Part shown: positions 44,678 through 60,912 of the stretch, in pieces
Numbering within the stretch: position 1 is the first letter of the stretch
How the letters are laid out: every line of letters starts with the position of its first letter
NCBI GenBank assembly: GCA_964016885.1
Contig: OZ024742.1
Coordinates: 339,946,001-340,010,000 of the forward strand
Direction: 5' to 3'
DNA length: 64,000 nucleotides
DNA from: Eledone cirrhosa
Lineage: Eukaryota
Made by a program: the position numbers and the translations under genes
Notes under the pieces: generated by a model
Seen by the model: the letters and a program-made list of their open reading frames with translations, nothing else
The model's database searches: none
Told to the model about the DNA's origin: nothing

Positions 44678-45790
44678 ATGTTTCTTTTATTTGCCACTAG
44701 GGCATCAAAAGTGGGACAAGTACAAAGGGGGGAGTTTACACAAAAAGGCGTCCTCAATAAGGAGGAGGCAATAACAAAATATAAAAATAAAATAAGATAT
44801 AACAAAAAAATAAAATTTATAACAAAATCCTAAATAGAGAGGAGGCGCCTTGGGGGGTCGCACACACCCCCGAAAAAAGTGTGCAACCCTTTTCCTCAGG
44901 AGCACAGAGAGGGGGTGCTCCCTCGTTCCTTCCTCTTTTCCACCTACAGGCTCATGTAAAGAGAAGGCCCATTTACACGGGCCATTCTCGCCACTTTCAC
45001 CCACCTTTCATAAAAACGACTGGGGTGGAGCACCTCCCTCTCCATCGTGATCCTTCTTCCGAAATGATATCGGAAGAAACAGACCAGTTGTTGGCCAGAG
45101 AGAAAGGTGTCTGACCTCAGTCTTTTCAGACGCGTCCACCATACAACCTCTTTCGCCATGGCTATTACGCACAGAAACACCGCCTCTGCTTCATCTTTGA
45201 AGGGGGGAGGCGGCTTGATCATTACAATAGACTCGGTGGTCAACCGGATCGGTCCCACCCTTGACAGCAGTTGTTCGACATAGCCCCACAGATCGGCTAC
45301 GCCCGAGCAGTGTACCAATGCGTGTGCAACGGTTTCCTCGTCGCACACGCATCTGGGACAGACCTTTTTGGCGGGGTCCCTACCCGGGCGCCCGTGTCTG
45401 TAGAGCCTTTCTCGAACGGGTAAAGCCCCTCGGTAGCACTGCCAGGCCAGGGACTTCTGGAATTTGTCCATAGGTCCCGGGCTGAATGTCCTACCGAACA
45501 GGCTGGCCAGTTCGTCCTCCTCCATGTCTAGGGCTTCTCCGAGGGCGTCGTCGCACCTGCTGCGAACCAGCCCTCTATAGAATGTTGCGGTGGAGTCTCC
45601 ACTGATAACCAGATCCGCCTACCAGAGGGCGGTGAGCGCCTGGGCACACTCAGTGTGCCAGGCGCCCAGTTTTCTCGGTCTTTGCTTGACCCAGGATTGC
45701 AGCTCGGTGAGTGAGACGAGTCTGGGAAAGGTTCGTCTCACAAACGAGGCCCACACCGGTTGTCCGGTGAGGAATACGTAGAGGTGCCGT
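44678..45790 (-). mobile_element. 5'-truncated Tx1/L1-clade LINE, nearly identical to 21584-23178
   Basis: ORF 44944-45525 is almost identical to the first copy and reads through to the natural stop (SLYMSL*); same 3' UTR. Confidence 0.93.
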
Positions 45791-47500
45791 GACAGATAGA
45801 CTGGCAGATAGACTGGCAGATAGACTGACTGGTAGACTGACTGGTAGACTTGACAGATAGACTGACAGGTAGACTGACTGGTAGACTTGACAGATAGACT
45901 GACAGATTGACTGACAGATAGACTGACAGATAGACTGTCAGATAGACTGACAGGTAGACTTGACAGATAGACTGACAGGTAGACTGACAGATAGACTGAC
46001 AGATAGACTGTCAGATAGACTGACAGGTAGACTGACAGGTAGACTGTCAGATAGACTGACAGGTAGACTGACAGGTAGACTCACAGATAGACTGTCAGAT
46101 AGACTGTCAGATAGACTGACAGATAGACTGACAGATAGACTGACTGGTAGACTTGACAGATAGACTGACAGGTAGACTGACAGATAGACTGACAGATAGA
46201 CTGTCAGATAGACTGACAGGTAGACTGACAGGTAGACTGTCAGATAGACTGACAGGTAGACTGACAGATAGACTGACAGGTAGACTGTCAGATAGACTGT
46301 CAGATAGACTGACAGATAGACTGTCAGATAGACTGACAGATAGACTGACAGATAGACTGTCAGATAGACTGACAGGTAGACTGACAGGTAGACTGTCAGA
46401 TAGACTGACAGATAGACTGTCAGATAGACTGGCAGATAGACTGACAGGTAGACTGACAGGTAGACTGACAGATAGACTGTCAGATAGACTGGCAGATAGA
46501 CTGACAGATAGACTGACAGATAGACTGACAGATAGACTGTCAGATAGACTGGCAGATAGACTGACAGGTAGACTGACAGATAGACTGTCAGATAGACTGG
46601 CAGATAGACTGACAGGTAGACTGACAGGTAGACTGACAGATAGACTGTCAGATAGACTGACAGGTAGACTGACAGGTAGACTGTCAGATAGACTGACAGA
46701 TAGACTGTCAGATAGACTGGCAGATAGACTGACAGATAGACTGACAGATAGACTGACAGATAGACTGTCAGATAGACTGACAGGTAGACTGACAGGTAGA
46801 CTGTCAGATAGACTGACAGATAGACTGACAGATAGACTGACAGATAGACTGTCAGATAGACTGACAGGTAGACTGACAGGTAGACTGTCAGATAGACTGA
46901 CAGATAGACTGTCAGATAGACTGGCAGATAGACTGACAGGTAGACTGACAGGTAGACTGACAGATAGACTGTCAGATAGACTGACAGATAGACTGACAGA
47001 TAGACTGACAGGTAGACTGACAGATAGACTGACAGATAGACTGTCAGATAGACTGACAGGTAGACTGACAGGTAGACTGACAGATAGACTGACAGGTAGA
47101 CTGTCAGATAGACTGACAGGTAGACTGACAGGTAGACTGTCAGATAGACTGACAAATAGACTGGCAGATAGACTGACTGGTAGACTGACAGATAGACTGA
47201 CAGATTGACTGGCAGATAGACTGACAAATAGACTGGCAGATAGACTGACAGATAGACTGTCAGATAGACTGACAGATAGACTGACAGGTAGACTGACAGG
47301 TAGACTGACAGATAGACTGACAGATAGACTGACAGATAGACTGACAGGTAGACTGACAGATAGACTGACTGGTAGACTTGACAGATAGACTGACAGGTAG
47401 ACTGACAGATAGACTGACAGATAGACTGACAGATAGACTGACAGGTAGACTGTCAGATAGACTGACTGGTAGACTTGACAGATAGACTGACAGATAGACT

Positions 47501-47503
<3 letters not shown>
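45791..47503. repeat. 12-bp satellite, right array, followed by (GA)n to about 47833
   Basis: GACTGACAGATA / GACTGTCAGATA / GACTGACAGGTA units. Confidence 0.97.
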
Positions 47504-47571
<68 letters not shown>

Positions 47572-47659
47572 GCTCACAGACAGACAGAGAGCGACTGAGA
47601 GAGAGACAGAGAGAGGGGCGAAAGAGATTTACTGACAGAGAGGAGACGAGAGAGAGAAT

Positions 47660-47837
<178 letters not shown>

Positions 47838-48429
47838 CATGCTTTAATTTACAGCAATATTATTCATTGTTATTTACAAAATAATAATAATTAAAATAAA
47901 GCGAGAAAACCGAAAATAAAAACAAAAGAAAGATTATTCCAAAAACCTTACACACATACACATACATACATGTATACACACACACACATACATACATGTA
48001 TACACACACACACATACATACATGTATACACACACACACATACATACATGTATACACACACACACATACATACATGTATACACACACACACATACATACG
48101 TATGTACATATATATATATATGTATATATATATACATACGTAATACATACACATACATATACATACATGCATACATACATACATACATACATACATACAT
48201 ACATACATACATACATACATACATACATACATACATACATACATAGATATACACATAAAACGCATAAACATATATATATACATTCATACATACATATATA
48301 CATACATGCATACATACATATAAACATACATGTATACATACATACATAAATATACACATAAAACGTATAAACATATATATATATATACATTCATACATAC
48401 ATACAAACATACATGCATACATACATATA

Positions 48430-48463
<34 letters not shown>

Positions 48464-48621
48464 CATACATATATACATACGTGCATCCATCCATACACAC
48501 ATACACACATACACACATACATACACACATACACACATACATACACACATACATACACACATACATACATACACAAATACATACGTGCATACATACATAC
48601 ATACATACATAGATACATACA

Positions 48622-48655
<34 letters not shown>

Positions 48656-48696
48656 CATACATACACACATACATACATACACACACATACATACAT

Positions 48697-48731
<35 letters not shown>

Positions 48732-48797
48732 CACACATACATACACACATATATACACACATACATATATACACACATACATACATACATACATACA

Positions 48798-48831
<34 letters not shown>

Positions 48832-49275
48832 CATACATACACACATATATACACACATACATATATACACACATACATACATAGATACATACATACATAC
48901 ATATATATATATATACGAGAAAGACGTCTGTTAAATGTCCTCTCTATTAGATGTTCATAATTGTAGAAAGTGTACCGTAATTAATATTCTGTGATACACG
49001 GTCATATAAGCCACGCCCTCTTTTACGTTTCACTTTTACTTTTAACTACGAAAAGCGCTACGTCGCCCGTTCAATGCTGCTCTCTGATTGGTGGAAACTT
49101 CTCACAGTTGGGCCTATTTACGCCCACAATCTGAACAATTCGGGCAAGCAGAGTGAAGCTTGTGGTGGTGCTTGTCAGTCCGTTAGTTACACGAAAGAAG
49201 TGTGCTTTAGATTACTGCTTCACAAATATCTGTTTATATATATTTATTTATATATATTTATATAAATACATATAC

Positions 49276-49306
<31 letters not shown>

Positions 49307-50133
49307 TATATATATACACATGCGAATACATATATATAACACAACAGTGTTTTAGCGTATAGAAATCTACATATATATGTATATATAAGTGTTTATGTGT
49401 ACACAAAACCATGGAAACCAATTGTTTTATCTTAAGACAGTTATTTAAATAAGAAGTGACTAAGAAATTGCAATATTTAAACATTTACTCACATACACAC
49501 GTACCCTGCATCACACGTTAATAGACGCTCACACACTCACAACAAACACACACGCATATACCTATATACATACATACATACCTATATATTTATATATATA
49601 TATATATATTATATATACATGCACATTCCAATTAATAGAAATTTATAGTGAATATATATATATGCGTGTGTGTGTGTTACAAATTTTGTCGTATTCTAAT
49701 ATGTATGCGTGTATATTTAATTATATAAATATATAGATATATACACACATATAAATATATATATATATGTATATGTATATATACATGTTTGCGTAAAGTA
49801 ATTAACTAATCTACCACGAGACGAGATATCATTTCAACTCTGCGATTATCAAGTCACGATGATGATATTACTGGTACCAGTTCAGAAGCTAAAGATGATG
49901 CTAATGATGATGACTACGATGATGTCGATGAGACTGATGATGATAACGATGACTACGACGATGATTAACAGGATGATGACAACTATAATGATGATGATGA
50001 TGATGATGTTGATATCCCTCACGAACACGGTGAATAACAATGACTCTTGCAAGGTCTAACTCAGCGAATACATTTGGAGAAACGTAAGTCAATGTCTACG
50101 TATTTTACTTTTATATTATATGTATATATATAA

Positions 50134-50212
<79 letters not shown>

Positions 50213-50277
50213 AACATATATATATGTGTGTGTGTATACATATATATATGTGTGTGTGTGTGTGTGTGTATATGTAT

Positions 50278-50311
<34 letters not shown>

Positions 50312-50419
50312 ATAGGTATATATGTATGTATGTATATATATATGTATGTGTGTATGTATATGTTTATATATATATATATATATATGTATATGTATATATA
50401 TATATATGTATATATATAC

Positions 50420-50456
<37 letters not shown>

Positions 50457-50667
50457 ATATGCATAAGTATATATATACAGAGACTATATGTGTATATATA
50501 TATGTATATATACATACGATATATATATATAATGTATAAATATTTTGATATATTCATATATTTATATTGAGAGATAGATATATGCCTACACACATACGTA
50601 AAAAAGGTTAGTAATATATTTAAACTTAAATATATGCATACACACACACATGCACACGCACACACAG

Positions 50668-50698
<31 letters not shown>

Positions 50699-50722
50699 CA
50701 CACGCACACACAGACACACACA

Positions 50723-50766
<44 letters not shown>

Positions 50767-50785
50767 TATATATATATATACATAT

Positions 50786-50821
<36 letters not shown>

Positions 50822-50917
50822 GCACCCATATACGGAAGGCTCGACTGTTTATATATAAGATTATTGTACAAGCATATAAATATAAATATGTGTACATCTA
50901 TCTATGTATCTCTATCT

Positions 50918-50972
<55 letters not shown>

Positions 50973-51077
50973 CATATATATATGTGTGTGTGTATACATA
51001 TATATATATATTTATATATATCATATATATACATGTATATATATATATATGTATATATATACATGTGTATATATATA

Positions 51078-51155
<78 letters not shown>

Positions 51156-51265
51156 CATAAATATGTTTGTTTATGTTTGAATTATTTACATGTATATAAA
51201 TGAGGAGTTTATGTTTTGGCACGAGCATCTACGTATGTATATATATTTGTATGTATGTTTGTATG

Positions 51266-51329
<64 letters not shown>

Positions 51330-51330
51330 T

Positions 51331-51368
<38 letters not shown>

Positions 51369-51445
51369 TCATATCTGTGTTGTAACTGATTATACATAAC
51401 TTATCCGATGGACAGAGTTCTCTAAACCCTTGGATTTATTATATT

Positions 51446-51498
<53 letters not shown>

Positions 51499-51543
51499 GG
51501 GGGGGGGGGGGTGTATGCGTGTGTGTGTCTGTGCGTGTGTGTG

Positions 51544-51575
<32 letters not shown>

Positions 51576-51639
51576 ACTATATATATAACTATATATATAA
51601 CTATACATATAACTATATCTAGCTATACATTATTCGAGA

Positions 51640-51965
51640 GGTGCAGCCGCGTGGCTTTGTGGTTAGGGTGTTCATAAGGTCATGAGTTGGATTCCCTTCG
51701 GCGCGTTGTCTCCTTGAGCAAGATACTTTATTTATTTCACATTGCTGCAGTCCACTCAGATGGCAAGAATGAATTGTACCTGTAATTCAAATGGTCAGCC
51801 ATGACGTATTCTGAGTCTGGCTGAATCTCCCTGAGAACTATGTTAAGGGTACGCGTGTCTGTGGTTTTCCAGGCCACTTGCACGCTTATTTTACGAGAAA
51901 GCTGATCCGTTGAACGGATCAACTAGAACACTCGTTGTCGTTCCCGACGGAGTGTCTCAGTTTTT
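51640..51965 (+). mobile_element. Second SINE family: tRNA head plus CORE/Meta-like central domain
   Basis: A box GTGGCTTTGTGGTTAG, B box GAGTTGGATTCCC, then GTCTCCTTGAGCAAGATACTT and TCCACTCAG. Confidence 0.7.
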
Positions 51966-52131
51966 ATTATCCGAGAGATACGAATGTTCCTCAACTTGGA
52001 GCCTCTGAGCAGCACTTTTCCGTCTCTAGATGTAATTCATTCTATCTTATCAATTATTTCGTTTTGTATCAGATTTACAGAATGTAATATATATAATATA
52101 TTTAGAATTGGAAGGATTGCTAATTTTTAAC

Positions 52132-52205
52132 ACCTACTGATGAGCAGAAAGTTGGTGATACCTTCGCTTAATAATTTGCGAAACAGTTCCTATAACTGTC
52201 TAGGT
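52132..52205 (+). ncRNA. Complete type I hammerhead ribozyme
   Basis: Stem I ACCTA/TAGGT; CTGATGA; stem II GCAGA/TTTGC; GAAA; stem III CAGTT/AACTG; GUC triplet at 52198-52200. Confidence 0.85.
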
Positions 52206-52983
52206 ATTTCGGGCAGTTGCCCAATATAGGTTTGTTCTTCTTTTTCTTGATTAATTACTTTAAATTAAGTCTGGCAAACCATATTGTTATAGTTAGTACT
52301 TTTTTCACCCTAGTGAACCTGGTCCTTTACAATTCGAACACATGTATGTTTATATTTGTGTTTATCTCTCTTGTATATTCAATTATATTACACGGCTCAG
52401 AAAAACTTTCTTTCTTGGAGCTATTTAATTGTAAGAGACTATTTTGAGTTTCTAACTCAATATCTGATATAATATATCATAATAATATATCATATACAAT
52501 ATATATAATATGTCATATAATAATCCGTTAGCATCAATAGAGTACAACCTTTAGTAGCTACGATATATTATGTCGAGGGTATTTTTACTATCTTAGGACA
52601 TGCTTCTAATTTGGTTTCTTATGGTGGATTGTATTTTAGTAGAAGAGAAACTAAATGTCACGATGTATTGACATTGGTAGCATATACCATGTTATACAAT
52701 CACAGATACATACACTCGCCACACACATACATATACACACACACAAACACACACATTCACACAGAAACACACAATCACACAGACACACACACAATCAAAT
52801 GCACGCATACAAACATACACACAAAGAGACATACACACACACATACAAATATGGCTCGCTTCGGCCACGAATGGTCATGGTTATGCTTAAGGCAATTATC
52901 TAGCGTAGACGCAAAACTGGACGAGATACGAGGTCACCCACGAATACTACTTTCCCCATCTCCACGTCAATAACGTTGTCCAG

Positions 52984-53044
<61 letters not shown>

Positions 53045-53599
53045 GGGGGTATAAGCAGTGGCAACCTGGCACCGCGTATGTGGCAAATATTTTGTCAGCT
53101 GTTGCAACGGAACAACGTGAAATAAATTAAATTCACAACTTTACGTGAGAAAAGCAGCTCAATAAATGTACTCATAGACACACAAACACACACATATATA
53201 TATATATATGTAGAATCCCGAACTGTGTTGGGGTAACCGCTGTTAAAAAGATACTCAATACATACGTAAAGAATAGGCATATACATATATATATATGATG
53301 ATTGCCTTCGAATAAAACAGTTCTAGTCCTGTAGAAGCCATTTCTATATTAAACATTTATACTCTGCTATGTATTGAGTACTTTACTTACCGTCGTTTCC
53401 CCGCTTGAACCCGGGATACACACACTAACAAACAAACACACACACACGCGCACACGCACACACACTCACACACACATACACACACATACACACAGACATA
53501 TATATATATATATGTGTGTGTGTGTATATATATCACTAATTAAACCATTATTCAACAGAGTACTCTATACTTGGGGCAGTAGAGTATGGTTATGTTATA

Positions 53600-53662
53600 A
53601 AGAGTCGGCAGCCGATGGCTGAGCTCTTGCCGTTTCCATAGCTTGTTCCTGACTAAGTCTGG

Positions 53663-53700
<38 letters not shown>

Positions 53701-53875
53701 CGAAGGAAATGTGGTAAGGAACCAGATGGACCATAACGCACCAAAGTACTCAATACTTAGGGTAGTAGAGTGGGTAATAGGAACGAGTAGGACCCCGACG
53801 GCAGAGCTCAAGCCGTTTCGAGAATTAGCCGTCGAAACGGCTTGAGCTCAGCCGTCGGGATCCTACTCGTTCCTA
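53600..53875. mobile_element. Copies of the 33755 palindrome family; 53698-53875 carries the long one-sided tail
   Basis: Tail 53698-53776 is the reverse complement of 63490-63572. Confidence 0.8.
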
Positions 53876-53893
53876 TTTATATATATATATATA

Positions 53894-53967
<74 letters not shown>

Positions 53968-54860
53968 TATATATGTGTGTGTGTGTGTATATATATATTT
54001 ATATATATATACAAACACACACACATGGCTGCAACTGGATTTCGAGTAATGTCAACACTCGATACTTAAGCATGAGTATCACGGACGTGGCCCTTCAGTC
54101 CTGACAGGGACCCGCCCTTCACCAACAATGCCATTCATCGCAAAAAATGTCACACATTATGTGATGCTGTGCTTGAAGCTCTTTTAAGTGAGGAAAGGCT
54201 TTGCACGGGGCCAATTCCACTCTCTAAATATTGAATGAATTTACCGCAAAAGAAGAACTGCTCTACATCATTGGATGCAAACGTTGTCGCAACTTTTATA
54301 TCAGAGTGACCTTCTACTAGAGAGATGTCTTAATGAAGACTAGGGGTTTCTCGCTCCACAAAGAAAAAAAAAATGTATCAAAGGAACTCGGCCATCCAAT
54401 AAAGTAACGGCCATCCAATAAAGTATATAAATATATACACATATATACGTGTGTGTATTTTTACATATGTATAGATATACATTAAACTAAGTATAGATGT
54501 ATATGAATGTATGCATGTATCATGTAATATACGTAATATAAAATATGTACTGTATAAAATGTTCTATATAATATATACTATATTATATGTAATATATGAT
54601 ATGTAATATATAATATGTAATATATAATATGTACTATATAATATGTAATATATAATATGTAATAGATGATATATAATATAAAATATGTAATATTTAATAT
54701 ATAACAGATGATGTATAATATATGATATATAATATATAATATATAAAAGGTGATGTATAATATATAATATACAATATATGATATATTAAATATAATACAT
54801 ACGCATTTACAAATATAGATATTTCAAAAGGTTGAATAATCAGTGACGCAAAATTAACGA

Positions 54861-54917
<57 letters not shown>

Positions 54918-55057
54918 TATAAATAGATATATGTATGTATATACGTACATATATATCTTTTTCATGTTTTAATATATATACAAATATATATAATAGAAAT
55001 AAAAATTATATATTTGTTCCTTTATATAAATATATACCTCCATACATACATTGACAT

Positions 55058-55130
<73 letters not shown>

Positions 55131-55318
55131 CGTGTGTGTGTGTGTGCGTTTGTATATATATATATATATATTTATATACGTGTAACCATTCATACATTCA
55201 TCATACATACATACAAACACACTCACATATATACATAAATATATGTGTGAGTGTCATAGACACATTACAAAATTAAGATGGAGTAAATATAACAACGAAA
55301 TGAACAGCACTAAGATTA

Positions 55319-55361
55319 GTCACTGATGAGGTTACATCATGTGTGACGAAAGGTCTTTGAC
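55319..55361 (+). ncRNA. Type I hammerhead motif (24790-related family)
   Basis: GTCA CTGATGA GGTTACATCATGTGTGAC GAAA GGTC TT TGAC. Confidence 0.7.
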
Positions 55362-55760
55362 AAATAAATAAAACAAGGAAATAACCACCGGGCTAGGAAA
55401 CTGACCTAGAAAGGGATTAGTCACCTAACTAATAATTAAACTGAATAGAATCTCAACTGGCACCTATATTTTAATAACACCATGTCCCTCCCATAAAATA
55501 ACCATTGCACGCATACACACACAGACTCACACACATATATATATATATCTATATCTATATGTATAATATTTATAGTATATAATATATTGTACATATGTAT
55601 GATATATATAGTATACATATAATATATATAGTATATATACGTACATACATACACACACACACACATATATATATCTATATGTATCTATATGTATAATATT
55701 TATAGTATATAATATATTGTACATATGTATAATATATATAGTATATATATAATATATATA

Positions 55761-55821
<61 letters not shown>

Positions 55822-55909
55822 TAACAGATTAAAGTAAAGAATCGCTGTTTTCACCCTTCACGGGATCAGCTGAAATTCCCTGGATATTAGACTTCACATT
55901 TACTATTAT

Positions 55910-55985
<76 letters not shown>

Positions 55986-56220
55986 TTACACATACATATA
56001 TACATATATATATATATACATATATATATACATATATATATATATACATATATATATACATATATATATATACATATATACATATATATATACATATATA
56101 TATAAATATACATATATATATATAAGTATATATATATGTATATATATGTATATATATGTATATATATATATATATATATGTATGTATATATATGTATATA
56201 TGTATATATATGTATATATG

Positions 56221-56251
<31 letters not shown>

Positions 56252-56271
56252 GTATATATATATATGTATGT

Positions 56272-56302
<31 letters not shown>

Positions 56303-56571
56303 TACATATACACATATATATACATATATATATACATATATACATATATATACATATATATATACACACATATATATATGTATCATGCAAGTATGTAATG
56401 TATGTATATCTATGTACATTTATATATATATCGTATCATTCAAACCCTACAGAGGTTAATGCTTTGGTGGACACTCGATTTCGACTCTCATTCTATCGAT
56501 TACCTTCCTGTCATTTGTTCCCAATGCATGTATGTGTGTGTGTGTATATATATATATACATACATACAGAT

Positions 56572-56632
<61 letters not shown>

Positions 56633-56700
56633 CATACATATATATATATACATATATATATGTATGTATGTATATATATATATATATATATATATACATA

Positions 56701-56738
<38 letters not shown>

Positions 56739-56780
56739 TATATGTATGTATGTATATATATATATATATATATATACATA

Positions 56781-56833
<53 letters not shown>

Positions 56834-57182
56834 AAGAGGTATACATATCTTTATACGTGTGTACTGTAGATACACGTATAGATACATACATACAGGGTGT
56901 CCAACTTATATATATATGTATATGTATATATGTAATATACATATATATATATGTATATATATACAAAGATCGGAATTAAGAGTGTCACTTGTAATCATTC
57001 TTTACACACATCTCACTCTGTAACATACTTCTCTTTGTGTAATATATACTTGTATGTATATATATATATATGCTAATATATATATATGTATATATATTTA
57101 TACGTATATATATATAAGCATATATATATATATACATATATATAAGCATATAGCTGTATGTACATACACGCACACACATACA

Positions 57183-57225
<43 letters not shown>

Positions 57226-57651
57226 GTATTTACATACATAGTTCTACGTGCAAGTATGTATATAAATATATGTGAAAATATATATAGTGATTGATAGATA
57301 GATATATAGATAGACATACAGTTGTTCACAAAAGCTAAAATATAAATGGCTGATTTTGTATGTCTGTTTATTCTTGTTTGTGCAGACATTTATTTAGACA
57401 TGGGTTTATATTTACAAACAGTCTCGCGCCACTTTCTCCTCTTTAATAGGGTTTTCTACTTAGATATCTCAATATGCAGGCTCCAGAGTTCGATCCGAAA
57501 CCATGTGGGTTAGGTTTTACTCCTATAGCGTATGTATCTCAGGCAATTGTAAACTTGTAAGAGAAATTTGTCGGCCGGACATTGCGATATCCCATTGTGT
57601 AATATATATATATATAAATATGACTATTTTGAGTTTCTAACTCAATCTATG

Positions 57652-57714
<63 letters not shown>

Positions 57715-57868
57715 TTTACCCCGTGTTCAACAGGGGTAACCACTTTAAGTAAGTTACTCAATACAAAGCAATGTATAAATATTTAATATAGGAAAGGCTT
57801 CTACAGGACTAGAACTGTTTCATTCGGGAGAAATCATCAGGAAGTCCTGTAGAAGCATTTTCTATATA
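57715..57868 (-). mobile_element. 15113-family element with HHR core and a short inverted arm
   Basis: - strand CTGATGATTTCTCCCGAATGAAACAGTTCTAGTCCTGTAGAAG; inverted GTCCTGTAGAAGC at 57845. Confidence 0.75.
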
Positions 57869-57876
57869 TATTATAT

Positions 57877-57956
<80 letters not shown>

Positions 57957-58056
57957 TTGAAAAAAGGAAAAGAATAATATTATAAAATTAATTGTTTAGA
58001 ACTACAAGTGAAGTTCTTTTCCTTTTTTCAAATATACCTAACTGTACAAAGTATTT

Positions 58057-58113
<57 letters not shown>

Positions 58114-58491
58114 GTGTGTGTTTGTGTGTGTGTACATATGTGTATGTTTGTGTGTGAGGCAAGAGATAGTGAGAGAGACAACACTTGTGTTTAGTGTGTA
58201 TGTGTCAGTTCATATCTCTTAACTTAATGCTTCGACAAAAAGAGTTTGATAAAACAAAAATGGCACAAATTTGGAAAGATCGATATCATTAATTAAATCC
58301 CTTGTATTAAGTGCTCCGGCATGGCAACGTTCTAACGATTCACGTTAGTAAAATATACGTTTAAAGAACTAAGCCTTTTCCTGTTTTATTTATTTTTTGT
58401 GCTATTTGTTATGGTCTTGACAAGTGATGCTTAAACAGGGATTTTAGCCGAAAGAAGGATTAATGAGCGATTTTATTTAAAGAATATGGTG

Positions 58492-58670
58492 GATTGGCTG
58501 TATCGGTAGAGGGTCGGACGCCATTTTTTACAGCATAGTTACGTCCCTTCTGAGTTCAAATCCCGCCGAGGTTAACTTTGCCTTCCATCCTTACGGGGTC
58601 GATAAAATAAAGTACGAGTAATGCACTGAGTAATTGCTGGCCTTGTGCCAAAAGTAGAAACAATTATTTA
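58492..58670 (+). mobile_element. tRNA-derived SINE, full length
   Basis: Family head and body. Confidence 0.9.
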
Positions 58671-59070
58671 AGGAAGTAATCCAAACAGGGAAAGAATCGT
58701 GTACATTGTTTTTAGGGAGACCTGGGTCGTTGACAACGAGATTGATGTTATTGTTGGTGGCTCGCCTTACAAAAGTATCAGGTGATGCTCTTATTGAATG
58801 TGCTTGGTTATTCTAGCATCTTAATCACGCTATCACCCTTGACAATCCTGCCAGTGTGTTGGCTTGCCTAAAAAACATTATTAGAAGCAGGCTCCAGTAC
58901 ACCCTGTGGTGTGTGACATTAGCATATAAAATATCAATATACCCAACTATAAGAGAGATCACCAATTAACCGTTCGACCCATCCTAAAATAAGCCCCACA
59001 AATGCTCCTTCAGACATAATCCCGTCTGCGACTATGAAATATTTGAGGTTTGAAAACCTTGCTTATGTTA

Positions 59071-59190
59071 AAATAATTGTTTCTACTTTTGGCACAAGGC
59101 CAGCAATTACCCAGTGCATTACTGGTACTTTACTTTATCGACCCCGTAAGGATGAAAGGCAAAGTTAACCTCGGCGGGATTTGAACTCAG
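59071..59190 (-). mobile_element. tRNA-derived SINE, 5'-truncated, with target-site duplication
   Basis: Family body, flanked by the direct repeat TGCTTATGTTAAAATAAT (about 59060 and 59193). Confidence 0.88.
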
Positions 59191-59516
59191 AATGCTTATG
59201 TTAAAATAATGCTCTGACGAAAAGATAATACACGACATTAGAAAATGGTCAGAAGAAATCTGAGATGGGACAAGGGGGAAAGTGATCTGGGTCCCTATGA
59301 AACATATCTTTATGTTTAGACCCATCAGTGCTGATCAAAAATTTCAATTCATTTTCAATGTCACTTCGGGTTATGAAGAAACGTTCTGGGATTTAGGGGT
59401 GATTTAACTGGTATTTCTAGAAGCAGGAATGATAGCATGTAGCCCTCCCTCTATACGGAAAAGTTTACAAAACTACTACTCTTTCCTATCTATCGATCTA
59501 TCGATCTATCTAACCG

Positions 59517-59702
59517 GAGGATTGGCAGTATCGGTAGAGAGTCGGACGCCATGCTTTCTAGCATAGAGTTACGGTCCTTGCCATTCTGAGTTCAAATCCC
59601 GCCGTGGTTAAATTTGCCTTTCATCCTTTCGGGGTCGATAAAATAAAGTACCAGTAATACACTGAGTAATTGCTGGCCTTGTGCCAAATGTAGAAACAAT
59701 TA
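59517..59702 (+). mobile_element. tRNA-derived SINE, full length
   Basis: Family head and body. Confidence 0.9.
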
Positions 59703-59762
59703 TATATACGCGTATATGTGTCTATGCGAGCACTCATATGTGTATATGTAGTTGTATATATA

Positions 59763-59795
<33 letters not shown>

Positions 59796-59965
59796 AAGAA
59801 TGGGTTATATGGTTTGTTGATTATCGTTCAACAAAGTTATTTTTGTAACAGATTTGAAGCACTCTACAGTTTTTATCTTGAGTATTATTAACATTAACAA
59901 TATTAATAAATGGTAAATATCGTTTATAATATGGTATTTTCCATTTATTAATATTGTTAATATTG

Positions 59966-60039
<74 letters not shown>

Positions 60040-60200
60040 GATCAAAAAAGTTTGACGATTACTCAAAAGAATACTCGATATTTGTGACAGTAGAGTATAC
60101 TAGAAACAGTCGCGACCCGACGGCTGAGTTACTGCGTTTCAACAGCTAGTTAAAACTAGAACTAGTTGTTGAAACGGCAAGAGCTCAGCCGGCGGGTCCC

Positions 60201-60245
<45 letters not shown>

Positions 60246-60346
60246 GACACTGTGTCTATATAAGGTAAATCATTGTTTATTGAATTCTTTGGAGATATGT
60301 AACACGGATGTATTATTTTGTTATATTCATTAGAAATGGTTTTCGG

Positions 60347-60481
<135 letters not shown>

Positions 60482-60539
60482 ATGAATGTACATATTGTAA
60501 ATTTAATAATTACGTTTCTGAATATATATACACATATAG

Positions 60540-60862
60540 GAAAATGTGAGATCCTTGGTACAGTTTGGTATATTTGAAAAAAGGAAAAGAATGACTTCAC
60601 TTGTAGTTCTAAACAATTTGATTTAATTTTATAATATTATTGATTAGATCTCAGTTCAAATCCCGCCGAGGTTCCCTTTGCCTTTCATCCTTACGTGGTC
60701 AATGAAGTAAAGTACCAGTAATATACTGGGATAATTGGTGGCCTTGTGCCAAACGTAGAAACAATTATAATATTATGAGTTGTGAGATCAACTCAAAATA
60801 TTATAATATTATAAAATTAAATCAAATTGTTTAGAACGAAAAGTGAAGCCATTCTTTTGCTT

Positions 60863-60870
<8 letters not shown>
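60540..60870. mobile_element. AT-rich palindromic element interrupted by a SINE (60651-60768 +); relative at 57955-58062
   Basis: Arms GAAAAAAGGAAAAGAATGACTTCACTTGTAGTTCTAAACAATTTGATTTAATTTTATAATATTAT and its reverse complement at 60803-60870. Confidence 0.75.

Positions 60871-60912
<42 letters not shown>

Noticed and set aside
41650-47577. ORFs up to 1051 aa (SLSV / VYLS / TDRL)
   Set aside because: Translation of the 12-bp satellite.
49005-49110. Promoter-like GCCACGCCC and CTGATTGG (CCAAT) motifs
   Set aside because: No adjacent gene or TSS evidence; such motifs are common in repeats.
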